Shown: positions 26,084-36,500 of the stretch, in pieces
How positions within the stretch are numbered: position 1 is the first letter of the stretch
How the letters are laid out: every line of letters starts with the position of its first letter
Assembly: GCF_947568905.1 (NCBI RefSeq)
Contig: NC_079169.1
Location: 64,728,001-64,792,000, forward strand
Source of the DNA: Ostrea edulis
Lineage: Eukaryota
Direction: 5' to 3'
Length of the DNA stretch: 64,000 bases
The notes under the pieces: generated by a model
The model's input: the letters and a program-made list of their open reading frames with translations, nothing else
Databases searched by the model: none
Told to the model about the DNA's origin: nothing
Made by a program: the position numbers and the translations under genes

Positions 26084-27681
26084 GCGGTACTCTTGTTCTA
26101 CATACACTACTGTATTTCAATTCTGGTAATTATATATTCTGTACATGTATTAGTACCCGGCAGTCATTAACATGTTCTCGAGATTAATCTGTTGAATAGG
26201 CATAGTACCGTATTGCAAAGCAGATATCTAGGACACAAAAACTGTAAAATCGGTTACCACCAATAGCTTTTTCAATTTCTTAGGGAATTTAGATAGGGAA
26301 TCAATTTCTTTCTGGATGAGCTGCCAACCAATACGCATGAGTCCCATATATAATCGACACCCTTGAGAACTTTTTGATCTTTCGGCGTCCGGTATCCATC
26401 CAATACCTCGGAGAAGTGTCGCGTGGGGAAGGTTATGTATTTGCAGGAGAGCCTGATGGACCTCTGTGATGAAGTTAATTTTCATTTTAGTTAGTTTTTT
26501 GTGGTGTTTTCTGTAAATAGTTGTTTATGCTTGTAAGGTGTTTCCATAGTGTGAGTGTTGGTCGATAAGGCTATTTTAGCATACCGGTTTGGTCAGTCAG
26601 AGTAGCGGCTGTTTGTCAAGCGTGCGGCCACGTTTTCATGCTGTCCAGCAGGGGTCTTTTCTTGGCGAATTCCAGAAGTTAGTCTGGGTAATGGGTAGGC
26701 AGAGAGACAAACATTTTACTGTGTTGGCATAGGTCTTCTCCAGCCGGTAAGCTATTTTTGTGTGAAAATATTTGCGAGGTTTTCGGGTTAATTTTCTCGT
26801 GTATTGTGTTTTCTATTTTGTTGTTACCCAAGTCACTTTGTGTATAGGTTTTAGGTTAAGTAATTGCTATTTCAGTGCAGAGGGGATTTAAGAAGCTATC
26901 TGGGTCATATCAGGCAGTACTCTCAGCGTTTCAGTAGGTGCTCGGCGTGGGAATCAAAACACGTGAGACCGCACTGTACATGGGTGTTCCACGTGGTGGA
27001 CTTGGCAATAATTATTTTGTGAGCCTAGTGTTGCCATTGGTTCGAAGTTGGCGTTATACCCAGTATTGTTGTTCAGTGAGAGACCTGTGAGTCCGGGACT
27101 GGAAGCGGAGGGGTTGTTTGCGCTGTATGGAGGCCTGGTGGTGTCAAGTGTGACGTGGCGTTATATTGAATTGTGCTGAGTAGCCAAACTTTCATATTGT
27201 GTTTCAGTAAATTAACATTTTATCAAAAAGGAATTTGAGAAATTTGTACAAAACGTAATTTACTGCTGTTTAACCTTTTCTGTAGATAGCGGAATTAGCG
27301 ACTATTCGAACCATTATGTAATACATTTATTACCAGTTATATTTTCAGCCTGGAATGACATACTTGTTGTATTAACTATTGAATTGTCTTGACAGTTATA
27401 CGTTATATTGATTGTCAATATTGCCAGGTTTATTATACCAATTTATATTTCTTTCTCGGTGAGAGAGTATGGGTGTGTGAATGTGAAAGTGTGATTTCTT
27501 TGTTTTTCAAACATCTCTATATTTCTTATCTTATTGCTAAATAAATTTTCTTTTTATTTATTCTACGATTTATCATTTTCTCTATTGCCTACACAAAATC
27601 CAAAAGAACTTCATTACAACCTCATTCTATCAAAAAAGATGCTAGCTGACAGTGAAAAAATGGCAAGCACATAAAAACTAC

Positions 27682-29924
27682 ACAAACACCAGACACATCT
27701 CATCAACAACACCAGATACATCTCAACACCAACAACAGACACATCTCAACTCCAACAACAGACACATATCAACAACAACAGACATATCTCAACAACAACA
27801 GACACATCTCAACACCAACAACAGACACATAACAACAACAAACACATCTCAACACCAACAGGCACATCTCAACACCAACAACAGACACATCTCAACACCA
27901 ACATACACATCTCAACAACAACAGACACATCTCAACAACAGACACATCTCAACAACAGACACATCTCAACACCAACAACAGACACATCTCAACAACAACA
28001 GACACATAACAACAACAACAGACACATCTCATCAACAACAGACACATCTCAACACCAACAGCAGACATATGTCAACACCAACAGACACATCTCAACAACA
28101 ATAGACACATCTCAACAACAACAGACACATCTCAACACCAACAACTGACACATCTCAGCACCAACAGGCACATATCAACACCAACAGCAGACATATGTCA
28201 ACACCCACAGACACATCACAACGCCAAAACGAACACATCTCAACACCAACAACGGGCACATCTCAACACCAACAACAGACATATTAACACTAACAACAGA
28301 CACATCTCAACACCAACAACAGACACATCTCAACACCAACAGACATATCTCAACAACACCAACAACATACACATCTCAACACCAACAACAGACACATCTC
28401 AACACCAACACCAGACACATCTCAACAACAGACACATCTCAACACCAACAACAGGCACATCTCAACACCAACACCAGACACATCTCAACACCAACAGGCA
28501 CATCTCAACACCAACAACAGACACATCTCAACACCAACAACAGACACATCTCAACACCAACAACAGACACATCTCAACACCAACACCAGACACATCTCAG
28601 CACAAACAACAGATACATATCAACACCAACAACTAACACATCTCAACACCAACAACAAACACATCTCAACACCAACAACGGACACATCTCAACAACAACA
28701 GACATATCTCAACAACAACAGACACATCTCAACACCAACAACGGACACATCTCAACACCAACAACAGACACATCTCAACACCAACAACAGACACATCTCA
28801 CCAACAACACACATATCAACACCAACAACAGGTACATCTCAACACCAACAACAGACACATCTCACCAACAACACACATCTCACCAACAACAACAGACACA
28901 TCTCACCAACAACAACAGACACATCTCAACAACAACGAACATATCAACACCAACAACAGGCACATCGCAACACCAACAACAGACACATCTCGCCAACAAC
29001 ACACATCTCACCAACAACAACAGACACATCTCAACACAAACAACAGACACATCTCAACAACAACAGGCACATCTCAACACCAACAACTAACACATCTCAA
29101 CACCAACAACAGACATATCTCACCAACAACACATATCTCACCAACAACAACAGACACATCTCACCAACAACAACAGACACATCTCAACAACAACGAACAT
29201 ATCAACACCAACAACAGGCACATCTCAACACCAACAACAGACACATCTCACCAACAACACACATCTCACCAACAACAACAGACACATCTCAACACAAACA
29301 ACAGACACATAACAACAACAGGCACATCTCAACACCAACAACTAACACATCTCAACACCAACAACAGACACATCTCAACACCAACAACAGACACATCTCA
29401 CCAACAACACACATCTCACCAACAACAACAGACACATCTCAACACAAACAACAGACACATAACAACAACAGGCACATCTCAACACCAACAACTAACACAT
29501 CTCAACACCAACAACAGACACATCTCAACACCAACAACAGACACATCTCACCAACAACAACAGGCACATCTCAACACAAACAACAGACACATCTCAACAA
29601 CAGACACATCTCAACACCAACAACTAACACATCTCAACACCAACAACAGACACATCTCACCAACAACACACATCTCACCAACAACAACAGACACATCTCA
29701 ACACCAACACCAGACATATCTCAACACCAACAACAGACACATCTCAACACCAACAGGCACATCTCAACACCAACAACGAACACATCTCAACACCAACAAC
29801 AGACACATCTCAACACCAACAACAGACACATCTCAACACCAACAACAGGTACATCTCAACACCAACAACATACACATCTCAACACCAACAACAGACACAT
29901 CTCAACACCAACAACGGACACATC
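27682..29924. repeat. 2.2-kb C/A-rich variable-unit VNTR (about 20-26 bp)
   Basis: Core CAACAACAGACACATCTCAACAC with variable (CAA)n. Confidence 0.97.
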
Positions 29925-30988
29925 GAAATTCAGTTATGATGCGCGCATCAAATCAATTGATCATTGCAGTAAATAATTCGATGCGCACATCAATTCAGTG
30001 GACAAGAGCAATAATTGATTTGTGGGCAAGAATTGAAATAATCATATTTTTAAAAGCTAATGCTATTGAATAAAAGAGCTTTAGGATGTTTATGACTCGC
30101 CGTTCTAAAATTGCCAAGAAAGATTGTTTGGAGAAATGATCACCATATTCATAAAAATGTTTGCTATATCCCGCTAAAAGTGGGATGGTGTATATATAAT
30201 CTTTGAAACTGTAACATTATAATCCCACGATGATTTTTAACGATGTACTTTTCACACCAGTCTTCCTAATGATACAATCTTCCCAAATACGGAACAGGAA
30301 CCCCTTTCCTTCCAGTCTAAGTAAAACCTCAGATTTTACGTCACTGAAACGAGAAACCATCGCTTCCAATACAGGCAACAGACGCACCGACGTACCAGTT
30401 TTAAATTATACGATTATGTGTTCATGTACTCCGGCTGTATTTATGTTACTTAGTTCATGCCAAGAAATCCCGTCCGGTCTTGAATTCGTTGGCTTCAATA
30501 GGACCATATTACATGCATATTACATGCTGATTAAAAGTAGCCGTCGCTTATCTCTTAATTGCGGTCACTGATTTATAACGGTTTTTCTACACCGGAGATT
30601 TTGCTAGGAATTTCTTGGCATGTTGACGTCACTTTGACCTTGGTCATGACTTTTGAATATACTAGATAGGGACTTCTACTTGATAAAATATAAGGCCACA
30701 GCTCTGTGGACAATAAAGGTCAGGGTATTCGCCAAGGGCAGCAATGGGCACACTCGGGAGCATATCCTGTCACAAACATGCGTTGTTTATTGCTGTGGTG
30801 TTTTAGTACATGTACATTGTGTATACGCATTCTGCGCTACAGCGGGTTACCCCTGGTAAACCATGTAATACGTACGTCTTTTAACTTCGTGAGTCTTCAG
30901 CAAAATTTACTTACTACTGTCATTTTCTGGTTCCACGAATCTGTTCTGCCGCGGGAACTAGATTTCAAAACAAACAAAAGAGTACACG

Positions 30989-31473
30989 TGTAACGTGTAG
31001 CGGTCACCCCGCCAAGAGCTGATCACGTTCGCCGTTGCTGAACTTGCGTGATCAATAGAGAGACTCTACCACATCGCTAGAAAAGCTAGCTCACTAGCGA
31101 GGCAGTATAAGTTCCCTCTTATACTGACCGCTACACTTCCCCCCGCCCGGGGAAGCTTCGTCCCGAAGCATAGCGTGAGTTCCCTCTGAATGTTTAACAC
31201 CTCTTCACCAACGGCATCCGCCGTTACCAACGACAATCACCCGTCGTCCCCGAAAGAAACCACGTCCGTACATGGACACGAAGTCCCAGAGCTCCGAAGA
31301 GACTCTACCTGGGGAAGGCCCACCAAACACCAGAGTCACTACGCTGCCACCATTTTGTAATTAACGTGTAGCGGTCACCCAGCCAAGTGCTGATCACGCT
31401 TGCAGTTGCTGAACTTGCATAATCAAGAGACTCTATCAAATCGGTAGAAAAGCTAGCTCACTAGCGAGGTAGT
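30989..31473 (-). mobile_element. TRIM (terminal-repeat retrotransposon in miniature); 5' LTR truncated
   Basis: LTR 30989-31135 (TG...CA). PPT GGGCGGGGGGAAG (minus strand, 31136-31148). 220-bp non-coding interior. PBS TGGTGGCAGCG (minus strand, 31342-31352). Second LTR 31356 to about 31473, about 90% identical by hand count. Confidence 0.85.
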
Positions 31474-32157
31474 GATTGCTCCTTCGACAAACGCTCAGCA
31501 TTTACTTTCAATTCGAATGGAGCTCTGAAGGTATGTCTGGACACAAGTAAGTTGAGAAAATGTCTTAGGAATATTTTTGAGGTGGCTATTCATTATAATT
31601 TAAAACTACAGAAATATGTTAATCTAAATCGTATGCAGAAAAAGTCGATTGTGGCAAGGCTGTTACAAATCGATGAAAAGGTGCAATATCAGGTTTTTCC
31701 ATACCACAAGAAAGAAAGAAAGAAAGAAAGAGAAAAAAAAAAGAAAGAAAAGAATATTTTTTTTTCAATATCTATATAACACTTTCTAGACCTTCAGTAT
31801 TGTATTCATTCAGAATTAATTAAATGAGAATGTTCTACTCTCATTAATACTAGATATTTTTACTGGAGTACCCCAGGGTTGTATTTTAGGACCACTCCTA
31901 TTTGATATATGTTGCCGTTGATTGATTGTATATTGTTTAACGTACCACTCAAGAATTTTTTGCTCATGGAGACGTCACCATTGCCGGTGATTTAGGCCTA
32001 TGCTCAGCGTTTACGGCATTTGCTGTAAATATGTTATCAATGTGTAGTTGATTTGCTGATGACAATTCACTTCAATTTTCATTATTGAATACACGACTTA
32101 CATAATTATATTGGAATCATGGTCAAATAAGTGGCTATTAAAATTCAATTCATATTA

Positions 32158-32395
32158 GATCCCGTGGGGATCCGGGTTAGAATACTGAGGTCCTCAGTAA
32201 CCCTTGCTTGTTGTAAGAGGCGACTAAATGGGGGCGGTCCTTCGGATGAAAACGTAAAACCTAAGGTCCCGTTTCACAGTAGGTGTGACACCATAAAGAT
32301 TCCTCCCTGCTCAATGGCCATTTTTAAAAGCACCGAGCATAGGCCTAAATGTTGTAGCCCTTCTGAGTGTTCAAAATATTTCCATATTAGACATT
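32158..32395 (+). mobile_element. SINE body fragment, same family as 46301-46545
   Basis: Shared CCCTTGCTTGT.GTAAGAGGCGA.TAAATGGGG and AGCACCGAGCATAGGCCTAAAT. Confidence 0.7.
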
Positions 32396-32699
32396 TACAA
32401 AGAAAGACAAATTTGTTTCACTTGAATTATTTTTCCTAGGTGACAGACTGGAGTGTGGTCCTGTTTTATTATAGATATTTAAAACGTAGAATGCTTGTGT
32501 AAAAAGCTTATTACGTTGACTTTTTTTAATGGCTTCTAAATAAAATTGGTAGAAAACATATTTCAAAATTGTACACAGCATTTATTAGACTAACACTTGA
32601 ATATGCTTTGTTTGGGATGGTTGCTCTTGTCTTTTCATCATTTGAAAAAGTTATCCGAGTCATCCATCAAGTTCACGTAATATAATATAAGGTCATAAG

Positions 32700-33433
32700 C
32701 TGGAACTTGATTCGCAGCAAAATCGGGCCGCCGGTCATGTGACCGGGCTGAAAATGAATCAAGTGTGGCGGCACCCCCGGCTCCAAATCCAATATGGCTG
32801 CGCCTAGCATAACCGCTACAGTTTTATACACATTTTCAGAAGAAGAGCTTGACGATGATAACGACGAAGTATTCATTGCCGCAACAATGCCGTATGTGTC
32901 AGTTATGTTAATTAGACATCTATTGATAGCATGCCATATAGTTATTTTGACACAATAATTGGACAACCATACATAAACTACTGTCTGTCCTAGCCTCTCT
33001 TGCAACTGCAAGTGGCTTTTCTAGAACTATTTATTTAACCCTAATAAAAATAAAAATTGGCAACTGACCTGTAAGATTGGATGAGTCGTAACTAAACAAC
33101 TCACATTCTTTTGTTATTTCATAAATGTAGGGTCTTCGAGGTGTATGCATTGACAAAAGTGATGAAATGAGTAATAAAAATATATGTTGTTACAAGATCT
33201 TGTAAAAATATATGCATAATGCACTTATGTAGAAGCTGCTGTTCGTTAATGAAACTGACAAAACTTGCATATCTAGAAACGACGCCATCTTGGTCCCGCT
33301 CACGCCTGTCAAAAAATTCGGCGCCATCGGGCCGGCCCGGTTGATGCGCACGCATTATCGGCTTCCAATCAAGTGTTCAGCCGGTCAAAAACCGGCGGCC
33401 CGGTAATACCGGCGAGGTCGAATCAAGTTCCAG
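32700..33433. mobile_element. 734-bp non-autonomous TIR element, possibly PIF/Harbinger-derived, immediately upstream of ADRM1
   Basis: Perfect 15-bp TIR CTGGAACTTGATTCG / CGAATCAAGTTCCAG, plus sub-terminal inverted similarity (CGGGCCGCCGGT....TGACCGG.CTGAA). No clear TSD, so the superfamily is inference. Confidence 0.7.
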
Positions 33434-33453
33434 AACGGGTTAACAATATACGA

Positions 33454-33464
33454 CACTTCCGGAA
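33454..33464. promoter_or_regulatory. ETS/GABP-type motif in the ADRM1 core promoter
   Basis: CACTTCCGGAA about 40 bp upstream of the ATG. Motif match only. Confidence 0.45.
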
Positions 33465-33503
33465 CTTTCGGACTGTCTCTGTGTCTTTTGTACAAAAAGT
33501 AAA

Positions 33504-36500
33504 ATGGCTTCAGGAGCATTATTTGGCAGTACTGGTCGTTCCCAAAGCAAAAACCTGGTCGAGTTTAGGGCCGGGAAAATGTTTATGAAGGGTAAAATGG
33601 TTCATCCAGATAAGAGAAAGGGATTAGTGTATGTATACCAGTCGGAGGACGCCCTTATGCATTTCTGTTGGAAAGACCGCACCAACGGAACTGTTGAAGA
33701 CGTGAGCCATTTTCCATTTGTCATCGTTAGAAATTCCGAATTATCTCTACATGATATAGAATTTTTTTTTTTTTATCTCCTTCGCTTAAAAGGAAGCATG
33801 TTATGAAACTAATATGTTTCTAGATAAGTTATTTCATTTATATCCATCGTTTTTGTGCATGTCGGTACTGTTGATTTCATAAGTCACTTAGTGCATTCGA
33901 CTTTCGTAGGTTGCCACATACCACACTGTCACTGGGGTTCACTGATTCTCAATGTCCTCTAAAGACGATTACTTCACAATGCATGAACACACTTTTTGTA
34001 AAAGTTGACCAACAGCATCACAGATATACAGCATACACGAAACTTACTTTTGTCTTTTTGCCAAAAAGTTATCATGATCACCTAATGTGTTAAGTGGCTA
34101 TATGATATATTTTAAAATATGTGTACACAGTCACTTTGCTCTGTATCATCATAAGAGTATCTAGATCACAGGGCTTGAAGCTAACTTTTTATGTCACCAG
34201 TCCAGCCGGACTGATGGGGTATAATTTCAACCAGTCTGCAGAAAAATTTACCAGTCCAACAGTTTTCCAGAAATAATTAAACATATTTCGTTAATGTTAT
34301 TAAAATGAAATTTAACTCAAGATGCCTCAGACAATATTGAAACATTTAAATGTGGGATTTATATTTACGAACCAGATTCATCTAACATTTACAGATCGAA
34401 GAATGCCAAATGTGTGTATAAAATTTCATAAGTATATTTTCCAAAATGATGCTTTAGAAAATTAACCAGTCCCATCGGACTGACTAAAACAAATGTATGT
34501 CAGTCCGCCAGACTTTTAACCAGTCACAGACTGACGGGCATATGTTAATTTCGAGCCCTGAGATCAGAGGAGTAAGACCCACCCAAACCTCGCTCCATAT
34601 CATCACTAGAATATTTAGATCAGAGGAGTAAGACCCACCCAAACCTCACTCCGTATCATCACTAGAATATCTAGATCAGAGGAGTAAGACCCACCCAAAC
34701 CTTGCTCCGTGTCATCACTAGAATATCTAAATCAGAGGAGTAAGGCCCACCCAAACCTTGCTCCATATCATCACTAGAATGTCTAAATCAGAGGAGTAAG
34801 ACACACCCAAACCTCGCTCTGTATCATCACTAGAATGTCTAAATCAGAGGAGTAAGACCCACCCAAACCTCGCTCCGTATCATCACTAGAATATCTAAAT
34901 CAGAGGAGTAAGGCACACCCAAACCTCGCTCCCTATCATCACTAGCATATCTAAATCAGAGGAGTAAGACCATGTGACAGTAAAGCTGTGTGTAGGCCAC
35001 AAGTCTGTAAACTGATTAGATACCATGCAATATCTATACTTAAAATATAAACTGTATTGCATTTAGTTCAATTATTGAAATTTTCCATTGAAAAGGTTAA
35101 ATTTAACAGCAAAAATGGGTGACTTTTTTATTTTGGCACAACATTATTCCATGGATCTGTCTTTAAAGCAATATTACTATTTGTTTGGCAAACTGAGTGA
35201 CATGATCTTCTGATTATTGACAAACAAGTAATTAACACCAAACACTAGCTCCCTCCCCCTCATTACATATGAGTTCACCAAACTATGACAATGTACTTCC
35301 AAGATTTCTGTGTAGACAATCGTCAGAACTACAAAAACGAGTTTTTCAAATACTTAGATGATTTTTTTTTAAAATCAAGTTTTGCTTTGATGGTGTTTTC
35401 AAGGATTTAAAAAAAAAATGTTTTCTACTGTATCCCAAATGATTTTGCTCGGTCTAGGATTGCATATTCATGTCTTAATATGGAAAACCGTGGATCATCA
35501 ACATTTTTTCTGTATGTGTATAAAAATGTGCAGCATGCATTTTTCATCAAAATAAACTTTGTGTCAAAAACATTTGTTACTGTTGTAGGACCTGATCATA
35601 TTTCCAGAGGACACAGAATTCAAACAGGTGTCACAGTGTACCACTGGTAGGGTGTATGTTCTCAAGTTCAAGTCACCAGCTCGCAAATTCTTCTTCTGGA
35701 TGCAGGTAATTAAAGAAGAAGTGTCACTTAACTTGTTCATGAAAATACTATGGTTACAAAGATTTCAAGGGGATCAAATTTAAGGGTTTTCCTAAAGAAT
35801 GCAATATTGTTGGCAAGTAAATTTGTGGACAACTACCGATTGTTCTTTTCTCATATGTAAAAAACTGGGCGCCACCAGATAACTGAAAAATTGTTTAGTG
35901 TGGCAGAAAACATCAATCAATCATATATAAGAATTGTAGATTACTTGATTTATTGGTCTTGCTTCACCATGAAAACAATGAAAATTGGTGCACACGAAAT
36001 GATTATACTTTTAGTTCATGAGACCAGTCAAAATGAATTGACCATGATTTATATTTAAATAGGAACCAAAGACCGACAAAGATGATGAGTACTGTAAGAA
36101 GGTGAATGACAATTTAAACAACCCACCCACCCCAGGCTCCAGTAGAGGGGGAGGTCTGGCGTCCGGACTGCCCTCAGAACTCAGCGGACTCGGTATGGAG
36201 TTGTTTGATTTACATATGTTGTATAAGACCAATCTGAATCCAATAGGTCATCAATATACTACATATAACATGGTTACACCTCCAGTTATACAGAGCAGAG
36301 ACCTAGCAAATTAATAGTAGAAGTGGGGGAGGGGTGAAGAAAAAATCTTCATTTTTAAAGTTTGTTTGCTGAATTAATTTATATTTCAATAGTATGAAGT
36401 TAAGAACACAAATTAATTCTCACTGATGAAAAATATTAGCTTTAATAATAAATAAATTTTTAACTGAATATATACATTAGAGTGCAATATTCCAATAATG

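Larger units (their letters stand above)
22689..26097 (+). mobile_element. Composite HINE: 5' subTIR, microsatellite, 150-bp core repeats, nested LINE, amplified 3' end
   Basis: 5' TT-ATACACTCGTC is a 9/11 inverse of GACGGGCGTAT in the 3' units. (GTCC/GCTG)n follows. Core repeats at 24666, 24816 and 24967. Terminal hairpin GTACCG-TTTG-CGGTAC plus TCTTGTT at 26075-26097. Confidence 0.7.

Noticed and set aside
25652-26107. Minus-strand repetitive ORFs
   Set aside because: Products of the 40-bp HINE-terminal array.
27652-28104. Q/H/T/N-rich 150-aa ORF
   Set aside because: Translation of the C/A-rich VNTR; it lacks stops only because T is rare.
30230-30571. 113-aa plus-strand ORF and a semi-open minus frame
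   Set aside because: No recognisable motif or splice context; probably an unclassified repeat fragment.
30989-31135. Highly structured 147-nt sequence as a possible ncRNA or ribozyme
   Set aside because: Better explained as a TRIM LTR (adjacent PPT and PBS, second copy); no known ribozyme core recognised.
33702-33806. C-terminal extension of track ORF 33504-33806
   Set aside because: Read-through into ADRM1 intron 1; homology stops at the GT donor at 33702.
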